Source: Robinsoniella sp. (GTDB taxonomy: Bacteria > Bacillota > Clostridia > Lachnospirales > Lachnospiraceae). Taken from it: a stretch of 64,000 nucleotides of DNA. Shown here piece by piece: positions 1 through 8,791 of the stretch (the first letter of the stretch is position 1; the number at the start of each line of letters is the position of its first letter). The DNA lies in the NCBI GenBank assembly GCA_023664735.1, contig JAMPFB010000004.1, positions 2,316 through 66,315 on the forward strand. Reading direction: 5' to 3'. The notes under the pieces were generated by a model. It made no database searches. It had not been told where the DNA came from and saw only the letters and a list, made by a program, of their open reading frames with translations. The position numbers and the translations under genes are program-made.

Positions 1-1242
1 ATCCTGCAGCTTTTGATGCTGGATTTTCATTTCCGGATCTACCCCTACCTCCACATTCGTATCGGCGCCCATGGTAGAGCCCAGCGTACGACAAGTTATT
101 TTATTGGTAGCCCTTACAAAGCCCCCCATAATAAAGCCTTTTTTTCCATCTACGTTCACTTCTGTCTTTGCCGTTACCGTACTATGAAGTATCGAATTGG
201 CTTCTACATAATCTTCTGAATAAGCCACGGCATTTTCTAAAAACTTAGTAATGATGCAGCCGCCTGAGTTAAGCCTGCCCCTGCCCATGCCGTTCATGCC
301 CCGGTCAATAATAATATCGCCGCCTGCAACAATGTTGGCGCCTTCTACCACTCCCTGTACGTGCACATTGCCCTTTGCCCGTATGGAGAAACCAGTCTGT
401 ACATTTCCATTGACCTGCACGCTGCCTTCTGATTCTATATTTCCGGTTGCAGGTCCTACATTCTCCACTTCAAACACATCCGACACGAATACCTTATCTT
501 CCACTAAAGAAACATGACCATTTACCTTGGAATAAATCTCAGTCTTATCCTCTGAAATAGTAATATTTTTTCCATACTTTAAAGCCGCCTTCTTTACATC
601 CCTCGGCTTAATGGCTTCCCCTAACAGATTCATTCCGCTTTCTCCCGGATCTGCCGGAATCATCCTTGCCAAAAGCTCGCCTTCCTTGCAATGGTTGATG
701 GTATTCAAATGGAAAAAATCTACAGAGCCATCCTCGTTCCTCTTTGGCCTTGTATTCAAATCCGTATTAAAAAAATATTCGATTCTGCCATCCGTCCCAT
801 GTACAGGCGGCTTTCCTTCTGCCAGTACAATATCTGTACAATACTGCCTGCGCTTTAGGAATTCCTCTATCTTATTATCATCAATGCCATATTGGATATT
901 CTTTAATTTCAGGCAACTGACGATATCGTCCTTATCCATCCTTGCTCCTCCGGTACTTGGAGGATAAAATCTGGCAACTGCCTCCATATTATCCTGACTT
1001 ATGCGAACCACCAAAGTCTCATTTACCGGGGAAATTTTCTGGGAAACCAAAGAAACTACCTGAGGCTCCTTTAATGTACTAACCACTGCATTCAGCCGCT
1101 TTATATCAACATTCTCAATTTTACTGGCATGCAGATATTCCAACAATTCACCCACAGAAATAGGCTCTCCATTGTTTGTAGGGGGTACAAGCTTCAGTGC
1201 AGTTTCCTGTTCCTTTATCATTATTTGAAAACATCCGTTCAT
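1..1242 (-). CDS. FapA-like flagellar assembly protein (DUF342-type), C-terminus cut by the window edge
   Basis: Absent from the ORF track because it runs off the left edge. Manual translation from ATG 1242 (GGAGG upstream) gives MNGCFQIMIKEQETALKL...GNVHVQGVVEGANIVAGGDIIIDRGMNG... with no stop for 414 codons to position 1. Repetitive G-x-V beta-helix-like segments and the position right after fliA fit FapA/DUF342. Confidence 0.7.
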   Translation of the reverse strand, partial: MNGCFQIMIKEQETALKLVPPTNNGEPISVGELLEYLHASKIENVDIKRLNAVVSTLKEPQVVSLVSQKISPVNETLVVRISQDNMEAVARFYPPSTGGARMDKDDIVSCLKLKNIQYGIDDNKIEEFLKRRQYCTDIVLAEGKPPVHGTDGRIEYFFNTDLNTRPKRNEDGSVDFFHLNTINHCKEGELLARMIPADPGESGMNLLGEAIKPRDVKKAALKYGKNITISEDKTEIYSKVNGHVSLVEDKVFVSDVFEVENVGPATGNIESEGSVQVNGNVQTGFSIRAKGNVHVQGVVEGANIVAGGDIIIDRGMNGMGRGRLNSGGCIITKFLENAVAYSEDYVEANSILHSTVTAKTEVNVDGKKGFIMGGFVRATNKITCRTLGSTMGADTNVEVGVDPEMKIQHQKLQD

Positions 1243-1265
1243 CTGCCGCCTCCATTTTCTTCTCA

Positions 1266-2036
1266 CTATCTATTTGTTAGTATGCCTATATAATCGCCTA
1301 ATTTTGCTTTCATTTTATGAAGAGCCTTCGTGTGAAGCTGGGAGATACGTGATTCAGAAACCTCTAATATGCTGCTGATTTCTTTTAATGTAAGATCCTC
1401 ATAATAATAAAGCAGAATAACCTTCTTTTCTTTTTCTGTTAAAATTTCCAAAGATTCCATCAGTGTCTTTTTCAGCTCCTGCTGTAAGGTAACATCCTCC
1501 GGAGAATGGAACTGGCTTGATACCTTTCCTTTTTCATTTGGCACCTCACTACCCTGTTCCAAATATTCATTTAAGGAAACAAGCCCTGTTATCTTCATCT
1601 GAGACTGCCATTCCGTCAGCTCATCTTCTGAAATTCCAAGCCCTTCTGCTATTTCCTCATCCGTAGCGCTTCTTCCCTTTAAAGCCTCTATCTGCTTAAT
1701 GACTCCATCTATTTTTTTCTGCTTCTGCCTGATGGTTCTTGGAATCCAGTCCATTTTACGGATTTGATCCAAAATAGCTCCCCTAATACGCAGGCTTGCA
1801 TAAGTTTCAAATTTTACCTCTTTTGCATAATCATACTTATCAATGGCATCAATCAGTCCAAATATGCCATAGCTAACCAAATCATCATATTCCACATTAT
1901 AGCCTAAGTACATACTCAACCGTCCTGCCACTACTTTCACAAGGGGCGCATATTCCAATATGATTTTTTCCCTGAGCTCAGGCGATTTATCCTTTTCATA
2001 ATCCGCCCAAAGCTTTTTTTTGCCTGCCTCGTCCAT
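1266..2036 (-). CDS. fliA: Flagellar sigma factor sigma-28 (FliA/SigD)
   Basis: 256 aa. Sigma-70 regions 2-4 are recognisable (YAPLVKVVAGRL, DLVSYGIFGLIDAIDKYD, LKEISSILEVSESRISQLHTKAL). It lies at the end of the fla/che operon, as in Bacillus. ATG start with GGGAGAGG upstream. Confidence 0.9.
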   Translation of the reverse strand: MDEAGKKKLWADYEKDKSPELREKIILEYAPLVKVVAGRLSMYLGYNVEYDDLVSYGIFGLIDAIDKYDYAKEVKFETYASLRIRGAILDQIRKMDWIPRTIRQKQKKIDGVIKQIEALKGRSATDEEIAEGLGISEDELTEWQSQMKITGLVSLNEYLEQGSEVPNEKGKVSSQFHSPEDVTLQQELKKTLMESLEILTEKEKKVILLYYYEDLTLKEISSILEVSESRISQLHTKALHKMKAKLGDYIGILTNR

Positions 2037-2053
2037 AAGCCTCTCCCTTGATT

Positions 2054-2365
2054 CTATTCGGTTTCAGAAAGCGGGGTGTCAGAAGGCTCCTTTTGCTCTT
2101 TAGCCGCTTCTTTTTCAATAACAGCGCCTTCCCGTTCTTCCTCTTCTTTCCGCAGCCTCTCTTCCTCTTCCTCTTTTTGCTTAATCTCATCTTGAAATTT
2201 ATCCAAAATAGACTTTACAATTAGTCCTGCCACATAAAAAAGGAGTAATACTGCTAAAAGGATTCCTAGCATTGCTTTCACTTCATATCCCAAAACATAC
2301 GTGATAATACTGGTAACCGCACCTGCGCTTAACGATATGATAGCGGGTATATTTTTTGTATTCAT
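2054..2365 (-). CDS. Small 2-TM membrane protein with a highly charged E/K-rich tail, function unknown
   Basis: 103 aa. Two hydrophobic segments are followed by KQKEEEEERLRKEEEEREG. Its ATG shares a base with the cheD stop (translational coupling). No family recognised. Confidence 0.5.
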   Translation of the reverse strand: MNTKNIPAIISLSAGAVTSIITYVLGYEVKAMLGILLAVLLLFYVAGLIVKSILDKFQDEIKQKEEEEERLRKEEEEREGAVIEKEAAKEQKEPSDTPLSETE

Positions 2366-2850
2366 TATATGATCACTTCCCCTTTTCCCACTGCTTTAAT
2401 GAGAAAATCCCCGTTTTCTGGAAAGAATACTACGGTTCTTCCATAGTTTAATCCCGTATCCTCTGCTAAAATAGGAATATGTAATTCTCTTAATTTCTTT
2501 TTGGTTGCCTCTACATTTCGTTCTCCAACCCTGACTAAATCGCCTTTTCCCCCAACTGCAAACATCTGTGCCCCGCCTGCAATTTTAGCAACCATCCTGT
2601 AAGGGCTTGCTCCCCTTAATGCCATCTGCCTTACCAGCTCCTCAATACCAGTATCTGCAAATTTGGGTATATTTGTATTATTTCTAATCTGTGTGCTGTC
2701 TGGAAGCATGATATGAGCCAGCCCTCCTACTTTAGTAATCGGGTCCCTTATTGCAATTCCTACACAAGACCCCAGTCCTAACGTAGTAACGCTGTCAGGA
2801 CTTATACATACTTTCAAATCAGCCATTCCAACCTTAATTAGTTCACTCAT
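2365..2850 (-). CDS. cheD: Chemoreceptor glutamine deamidase CheD
   Basis: 161 aa. TTLGLGSCVGIAI motif with catalytic Cys, and AHIMLP. Follows cheC as in Bacillus. Confidence 0.9.
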   Translation of the reverse strand: MSELIKVGMADLKVCISPDSVTTLGLGSCVGIAIRDPITKVGGLAHIMLPDSTQIRNNTNIPKFADTGIEELVRQMALRGASPYRMVAKIAGGAQMFAVGGKGDLVRVGERNVEATKKKLRELHIPILAEDTGLNYGRTVVFFPENGDFLIKAVGKGEVII

Positions 2851-2869
2851 TTCTTTTCCCTACCGTCCA

Positions 2870-3484
2870 TCATAACCCTAATGATCCTAATAATCTATCA
2901 TAAGAATCTAAATCCGGCATCAAGATAAAAAATCCGTCCAGATTGATTTCATCTGTAAACTGCGTCTGAATCAGCAGAATCTTATCTCCCATTGCACCAA
3001 ATTCAATTGCCGGTACACTTAAAATCGCCGCTGCCATATCAATGCTCAAATCCGGTACAGAAGGAATAATCTTCATTTTCGTAAGGCTTGACAGGGAATT
3101 TAAATATGCCCCTGTAATGATATTACCGATTTCTTTTAAGGCGGAAAGCTCGATTTCAGTGAAAGTGCCCGTTCCGTTGCCCTCCACTCCCATCAATTTT
3201 TCCACCAGATGATGCGCCACCTTTTCTTCACATAAAAACATCATGCTTCCGGTAATATCCCCTTCCACTAGCAGATAGACCCCTGCCATAATCTGCTCTT
3301 CGCCTCCCATTGCCTCTCCCACCTGCGAGAAATCAAGGAGTCTTACTTGGGGAACCTTCATATCCACCTTACACTGAAGCATTTGCGCCAATGCCGTAGT
3401 AGCATTACCCGCCCCAATATTCCCCAGTTCCTTTAATACATCAAAGTATTCTTGGGAAACATCATCAAAATTCATCTTTGCCAT
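2870..3484 (-). CDS. cheC: CheY-P phosphatase CheC
   Basis: Two CheC repeats (LKELGNIGAGNATTALAQML and LKEIGNIITGAYLNSLS). Start trimmed to ATG 3484 (GGGGTGA RBS, 20 nt after the cheW stop) instead of the track start at 3526. Confidence 0.85.
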   Translation of the reverse strand: MAKMNFDDVSQEYFDVLKELGNIGAGNATTALAQMLQCKVDMKVPQVRLLDFSQVGEAMGGEEQIMAGVYLLVEGDITGSMMFLCEEKVAHHLVEKLMGVEGNGTGTFTEIELSALKEIGNIITGAYLNSLSSLTKMKIIPSVPDLSIDMAAAILSVPAIEFGAMGDKILLIQTQFTDEINLDGFFILMPDLDSYDRLLGSLGL

Positions 3485-3503
3485 ACAATCACCCCACTGC
3501 TTT

Positions 3504-3962
3504 TCAGTTGCTCTCTTTTTCAGCAAACAATGTATGCAGATCCAACAGGGAAATCAGTTCTCCCTTATCCTTTCCTACAGCCGGGACAAAATTGGGTCTT
3601 TCCTCCTTGGCATCATAGGATACCTTTTCTATCTGGGAGGCATCTAAAGTAACTACTTCTTTTACCTCATCCACGATCAGCCCAACTGCGTCATTGCTGT
3701 CAATTTTTACTATGATAATACGGGTAGCCTTTGTTTCTTCTACCTGCTCAAAGCCCATTTTTGCCCTGACACTCACTACCGGAATAACTTCTCCTCTTAA
3801 GTTGATGACGCCCTTTATAGACTGCTGCACCTTAGGAACCCGGTAAATCTGCTGCATTCTTATAATATTATCTATGTATTTAATATCTATTCCATATTGC
3901 TCATCATTTAATTTTACCACAATAAACTGTGTGGTCTCATAAGCAGCTTTTAATTCTTCCAT
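3504..3962 (-). CDS. cheW: Chemotaxis coupling protein CheW
   Basis: 152 aa single CheW domain (FIVVKLNDEQYGIDIKYI, INLRGEVIPVV). Lies between cheA and cheC. Confidence 0.9.
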   Translation of the reverse strand: MEELKAAYETTQFIVVKLNDEQYGIDIKYIDNIIRMQQIYRVPKVQQSIKGVINLRGEVIPVVSVRAKMGFEQVEETKATRIIIVKIDSNDAVGLIVDEVKEVVTLDASQIEKVSYDAKEERPNFVPAVGKDKGELISLLDLHTLFAEKESN

Positions 3963-3982
3963 CCCATTTCACCTGACCTTTC

Positions 3983-6046
3983 CTAAATAAGTGCGTTTGT
4001 ATCCAGAATAAGTGCGATTTCTCCGTTGCCCAGTACAGTTGCACCGCTGATAATCTTACACTTATTGATATACTTGTTTAAGGATTTAATAACGATTTCC
4101 TGCTGTCCCATCAATTCATCCACCACAAGGCCGGCAAGCTTGTCGCCCTTCTTTACGATGACTACGGTTAAGCTTTCATCCGGCGATTTGCTTGACTCCA
4201 CATCCAGCACTTCGTTTAGACGGATTAACGGAATTACCGAGCCTCTTAAATTGATGACTTCCTTTGCCTGCACGAACTTAATCTCTTCCGGTGCGATATC
4301 TTCAATTATCTGGATAGTCCCTAGGGAAATAGCATATTTCTCATGTCCCACTTCCACCATAAGTGCCTGAATAATTGCAAGTGTAAGAGGAAGCCGGATA
4401 ATAAAGGTAGTGCCTTCTCCTAGCTTTGTCTTAACCTCTACTTCGCCGCTTAGACTTTCAATCTTGGATTTTACCACATCAAGGCCTACGCCTCTGCCGG
4501 ATATATCGGATACCTGCTTTGCCGTGGAAAAGCTTGGTTTGAACAGAAGATCGATAATGTCCTTATCGCTCATATTCTCTGCCTGTTCCGGAGTAATTGT
4601 GCCTTTTGAAAGAGCCTTTTCCTTTACCGCCTCCACATCAATGCCGTTACCATCATCCCGTACCTCGATGACTACATTGTTACCATCCTGATAAGCATCC
4701 AGATAGATGGAGCCTACTTCCGGTTTTCCTCTCTGGATACGGGTTTCTGCCGATTCTAGTCCGTGGTCTGCGGAATTTCTTAAAAGATGCATCAACGGGT
4801 CGCCGATTTCATCTACCACGGTACGATCCAGCTCCGTTTCCTCACCGCTCATAAATAGCTGCATTTTCTTATTCAGCTTTTTAGACAGGTCACGAATCAT
4901 TTTCGGGAATTTTACTACAACTGACTCTATAGGAACCATCCTTACCTTCATAACTGACTCATGAAGGTTCGTAGTAACGCTTTCCAGATACTCAATGTGC
5001 TCGCTGGCTGCTGTTCTGGTACCTTCCGTATTGGATGCCGCTACTAAAGAGTTCTTGGCGATAATCAGCTCGCTGACCAGATTCATAAGCACATCAAGCT
5101 TTTCAATATCCACACGTACTGTACGGTTTACTACCGGCTTGGAAGCAGCAGGTTTTTTGTTCTCCTGTTTTGGCGATGCCACTGCTGTTTCGCTGCTCTT
5201 TTCCTTTGTTTCCTTTTTTTCTGCTGCCTGCACCCCTGTCTGGCTGTCTTCTGCTACATCTGTAAGCTCATATTCAAAAGGCGCCACAAACGCATCTTTA
5301 ATTTCGGATACATTCTTTATCGCATCTGCTACTTGCTCTGCGCTGCTGTCCGTTACAAAAAGCATACTAAAATCATATTCAAACTTTTCGTCCTCTATAT
5401 CCTGCGCTGCTGGAACAGATACGATGATTTCGCCCAGCTCCTCTAATGCCTTAAAGACTAGAAATGCTCTTGCAGCCTTCAAAATACAGCTTTCCTGTAC
5501 GTACACCGTAATGCCTAGTATGTTTTTCTCCTGAGCTGTTGCCGCCTTGATAACGGTCTGCTCCGCACTTCCAATCTTAATCGTTTTCCATTTTTCCTTA
5601 TCGCCTTCTTCTACAGGCGCCTTAGCAGGCGCAGCTCCCTTTGCCGAAGCACCGCCGCCTGCGTTTCCATTCAAAATTCCCTTTAAGGACTTTACCAGAT
5701 GGTCATTATCATTGGTTCCTTCCTCTGTGGTATTTTGAATATTATCCACATATTCTTCCAATGCGTCCAGACACTGGAACAAAATATCCACCATGTTGTC
5801 CTGAACCTTAATCGTATTGTTCCTGACTTCGGAAAATACATTTTCCATCTCATGGGTCAAAGCCTGCATCCGCTTATATCCCATGGTCCCGGCCATACCC
5901 TTTAAGGAATGGGCAGCCCTAAAAATCTCGTTAATCGTATCCATGTTTTCAGGCTCCTGCTCCAAAATCATGAGCTGGTCGCTTAAAGTCTGCAAATGCT
6001 CTTTGGATTCATCTAAAAATATTTCTAAATATTGGCTAACATCCAT
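3983..6046 (-). CDS. cheA: Chemotaxis histidine kinase CheA
   Basis: 687 aa. HPt box RAAHSLKGMAG, HATPase motifs (HLLRNSADHG, DDGNGID, GRGVGLDVV), C-terminal CheW-like domain. Confidence 0.95.
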   Translation of the reverse strand: MDVSQYLEIFLDESKEHLQTLSDQLMILEQEPENMDTINEIFRAAHSLKGMAGTMGYKRMQALTHEMENVFSEVRNNTIKVQDNMVDILFQCLDALEEYVDNIQNTTEEGTNDNDHLVKSLKGILNGNAGGGASAKGAAPAKAPVEEGDKEKWKTIKIGSAEQTVIKAATAQEKNILGITVYVQESCILKAARAFLVFKALEELGEIIVSVPAAQDIEDEKFEYDFSMLFVTDSSAEQVADAIKNVSEIKDAFVAPFEYELTDVAEDSQTGVQAAEKKETKEKSSETAVASPKQENKKPAASKPVVNRTVRVDIEKLDVLMNLVSELIIAKNSLVAASNTEGTRTAASEHIEYLESVTTNLHESVMKVRMVPIESVVVKFPKMIRDLSKKLNKKMQLFMSGEETELDRTVVDEIGDPLMHLLRNSADHGLESAETRIQRGKPEVGSIYLDAYQDGNNVVIEVRDDGNGIDVEAVKEKALSKGTITPEQAENMSDKDIIDLLFKPSFSTAKQVSDISGRGVGLDVVKSKIESLSGEVEVKTKLGEGTTFIIRLPLTLAIIQALMVEVGHEKYAISLGTIQIIEDIAPEEIKFVQAKEVINLRGSVIPLIRLNEVLDVESSKSPDESLTVVIVKKGDKLAGLVVDELMGQQEIVIKSLNKYINKCKIISGATVLGNGEIALILDTNALI

Positions 6047-6047
6047 T

Positions 6048-7130
6048 TCATCTTACCCCCACGTTCCTTGTGATTTGTTGTGCTATGTCTTCTAAGGCTG
6101 CTATTTGGTTTACCAGTCCTGTCATGCTGACTGCCCTTGGCATCCCGTAAACGGCACATGTACTCTGCTCCTGAGCGATTACATGAATCTGCTTTTTCTG
6201 GCTCAGATTCATAATCCCTTCTGTTCCATCGGCGCCCATTCCTGTCATTACAACGCATACGATCTGATCAAAGTCTGAATCCATAAGGGATTCATACATG
6301 TAATTGGCACAGGGCTTTACGCCTTCCCTTGGCGCTTCATCCCCAAATTCAATCCGATGCTCTCCGCGCTGCTTTATCACTTTTAAATGAGTGCCTCCCT
6401 TTGCAATATAAACATGCCCCTTTTCAAGCTTATCTCCTACTGCCGCTTCCTTAACGGATAGCTGGCTCAGCCCGTTCAACCGTTCTGCTAAAGATTCCGT
6501 AAAGCCGGAAGGCATGTGCTGTACAATCAGAACAGGTGCATCCAGATTTTCCGGAAGCTTTGGAACGACCTGCTGCAAAGCCTTTGGTCCTCCTGTGGAA
6601 CAGGCAATGGCTACAAGCTTTTTGCCGGTTACCGGTAAAGACTTGCGAAGCACTACCGGCTTCTCTTCTATCTGCGTAAACCTGCGCAGCTCCGGCTCCC
6701 CGTTACTTTCTTTTCTAGCTTTGGAAGGAAGATTTGCGGTTGTGGCTTCCCACAATATATTCAGGAACCGCCGCTTGAATTTATCTGCCTTGGCATCTAA
6801 AATGCTCAGGGGCTTATGCACAAAATCAATGGCGCCCAGCTCTAAAGCTTCCAGTGTAACCTGTGCTCCTTCTCTTGTAGTGGTACTGTTCATAACAACT
6901 CTGGCAGAAATCTTTTGTCTGTTCAATTCCCTTAAAAGCTCAATTCCTGACATCTTAGGCATATTCACGTCAAGAACCACTCCGTCATATGCCTTTTTCT
7001 GCAGAAGCATCAGAGCTTCTTCGCCATCTATTGCTGTGTCCTCCACATGGAATCTTCCATCTGCATTTATTATATCACAAACAACCCTTCTCATAAGTGC
7101 AGAGTCATCAACGACCAGTATTTTTTTCAT
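6048..7130 (-). CDS. cheB: Chemotaxis response regulator protein-glutamate methylesterase CheB
   Basis: Receiver domain (KILVVDDSALMRR, DVNMPKMSG) plus methylesterase domain (IACSTGGP, QHMP, GMGADG). Start trimmed to ATG 7130; the track start at 7211 would overlap the upstream PilZ gene. Confidence 0.9.
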   Translation of the reverse strand: MKKILVVDDSALMRRVVCDIINADGRFHVEDTAIDGEEALMLLQKKAYDGVVLDVNMPKMSGIELLRELNRQKISARVVMNSTTTREGAQVTLEALELGAIDFVHKPLSILDAKADKFKRRFLNILWEATTANLPSKARKESNGEPELRRFTQIEEKPVVLRKSLPVTGKKLVAIACSTGGPKALQQVVPKLPENLDAPVLIVQHMPSGFTESLAERLNGLSQLSVKEAAVGDKLEKGHVYIAKGGTHLKVIKQRGEHRIEFGDEAPREGVKPCANYMYESLMDSDFDQIVCVVMTGMGADGTEGIMNLSQKKQIHVIAQEQSTCAVYGMPRAVSMTGLVNQIAALEDIAQQITRNVGVR

Positions 7131-7137
7131 AATATCA

Positions 7138-7860
7138 CTATCCTTGCAATTTCTGCCTGTTTTTACGTTCTTCTTCAAAAATAAATCGAATGATCTCTTC
7201 CCGCTGGCCATTGGTTATATTCACATATTGCACTCTGTGCTCATACTGACCCTTCCTGTTTTCCAGCTCTCTGGAGCTTAATATCTTTCCTGTAAGCTCA
7301 TATTTCTTATCCATTCCCTGCATACTAAGGGCATAAGTCAGGTAGATAATCGTATCCTTTTCGTATTGGTGGTTTGCCACAAAACGAATGCCGCCGCCGC
7401 TAATATCAACGATAATGCTTTGACGCAGCGGAAGGCTTTCCTCCAAGAAAATAGTCTTGTTTTCCTCATAGGCAAGCTTTTCGTCCGGGCTAAGCTCCCT
7501 GCTCTTCATATTCAGCACACAGTTAAAGCGGTAATATTCCCTTCGCTGATGTTTCCGTAAATTTGTAGTAAGTTCAAACAACAATAAATATACGCCATTG
7601 ACCTTATAACGGTCTACCACTCTTGCAAGGCTTTGATAAATACCTGTTTTCGTATAAAAGCAAATTTCATATACCCCGTCAACCGGCAAAAGAATCAGCT
7701 TTGTCTGCTCCATTGGCATACAAATCTCAAGCCTCTCATCCGAAAGCACATCATAAACCTTGGACACATGTATTTTTTCATCGGAGCTTTCTCCTAAAAT
7801 AGCTCCTTCCACTGCCTGTAATTCTACCTTTTCTCCCGGCAATATATACTTTGATAGCAT
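7138..7860 (-). CDS. YcgR/MotI-like PilZ-domain protein (candidate c-di-GMP flagellar brake)
   Basis: 240 aa. The C-terminal half carries both PilZ signatures: QRREYYR (RxxxR) and DISGGG (DxSxxG). Confidence 0.85.
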   Translation of the reverse strand: MLSKYILPGEKVELQAVEGAILGESSDEKIHVSKVYDVLSDERLEICMPMEQTKLILLPVDGVYEICFYTKTGIYQSLARVVDRYKVNGVYLLLFELTTNLRKHQRREYYRFNCVLNMKSRELSPDEKLAYEENKTIFLEESLPLRQSIIVDISGGGIRFVANHQYEKDTIIYLTYALSMQGMDKKYELTGKILSSRELENRKGQYEHRVQYVNITNGQREEIIRFIFEEERKNRQKLQG

Positions 7861-7881
7861 AGGTAACCTCCTTTATATATA

Positions 7882-8760
7882 TTATTTCTTTCCTGATAAA
7901 ATATGGGAAAAGAATGCTGTCATTCCTCTTTTTTGAACCGTATCGCTTCCCTGTCCATTCATTAAAAGATCCGCAATTTCCACAAATGCCTTTGCAGCTT
8001 TTGCAGATGGACTTGCAAGACAGACCGGCTCCTGCTGCATGACTGCCTTAGAGAGCTGCACATCCTGCGGCACGCTGCCCAAATATTCAATTGGCAGCTT
8101 TAAGTATCTGCTCACTACCGTATCTAACTTTTTAAAAAGCTCCCTGCCCTCTTCTTTCGTGGCTACCCGGTTGGCAATTACTTTAATCTGGGAATTTTTC
8201 AAAGAAAACCGTTTATGCCCGTTTAAGGACTTAAGCAGGGAATAGGCATCCGTAATGGACGTGGGCTCCGGCGTGGTCACTAAAAGGATTTCCCCGCTTG
8301 CCACTAAAAATTCCAGAACCGCATCTGATATCCCTGCCCCGGTATCAATCAGGATAATATCCGCCATGGAATCCAGCTCCGCCAGATTCTGGATAATATA
8401 CATAAGATAATCCCGGCTCAAGTTGGACAATCCAGCAATTCCGGAGCCACCTGAAATAAATCCGATTTCTCCCGGTCCCCATGTGATTACATCCTTTATG
8501 CTTTTTCCCTGATATATTAAATCCGACAAATTATGCTTTGGTACAGCGCCAAACATGATTTCAATATTGGCAAGGCCAAAATCCGCATCCAAAATAATGA
8601 CTCTCTGTCCCATCCTTTTAAACTGCACAGCAAGATTGATGGCGGTATTGGATTTCCCCACCCCGCCCTTTCCGCTTGTAACAGCAATCACTCTGGCAAG
8701 GGGCCTTTGTTTCGTCTGGTTTGCTTTTATAATATTTCGGAGTTTTTCCGCCTGGTCCAT
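7882..8760 (-). CDS. flhG: MinD-type ATPase FlhG (YlxH)
   Basis: Deviant Walker A VTSGKGGVGKSNTAINLA. Follows flhF. Start trimmed to ATG 8760 (GGAGGAAGG RBS) rather than the TTG at 8808. Confidence 0.85.
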   Translation of the reverse strand: MDQAEKLRNIIKANQTKQRPLARVIAVTSGKGGVGKSNTAINLAVQFKRMGQRVIILDADFGLANIEIMFGAVPKHNLSDLIYQGKSIKDVITWGPGEIGFISGGSGIAGLSNLSRDYLMYIIQNLAELDSMADIILIDTGAGISDAVLEFLVASGEILLVTTPEPTSITDAYSLLKSLNGHKRFSLKNSQIKVIANRVATKEEGRELFKKLDTVVSRYLKLPIEYLGSVPQDVQLSKAVMQQEPVCLASPSAKAAKAFVEIADLLMNGQGSDTVQKRGMTAFFSHILSGKK

Positions 8761-8791
8761 TATCCTTCCTCCAATGTACGCTGGTATCCTG

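Noticed and set aside
13-967. Plus-strand ORFs at the left edge (13-219, 251-517, 611-967).
   Set aside because: The minus strand carries an uninterrupted 414-codon FapA-like reading frame with a good RBS. The plus-strand ORFs are its antisense shadows.
1996-2190. 64-aa K/R-rich ORF overlapping the fliA start and the small membrane protein gene.
   Set aside because: It is in an alternative frame over the E/K-rich coding sequence, so it is a compositional artefact.
6514-7281. Long plus-strand ORFs antisense to cheB (6514-7281), fliY (15768-16517), motA (19524-20243), fliK (24122-24868), the 840-aa pilus gene (45709-46407) and pilT (59521-60285). Each is 230-255 aa.
   Set aside because: Each lies entirely antisense to a gene with clear family motifs. 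Their products are low-complexity (S/A/L/P-rich), and they have no RBS or motifs. These are typical shadow ORFs.
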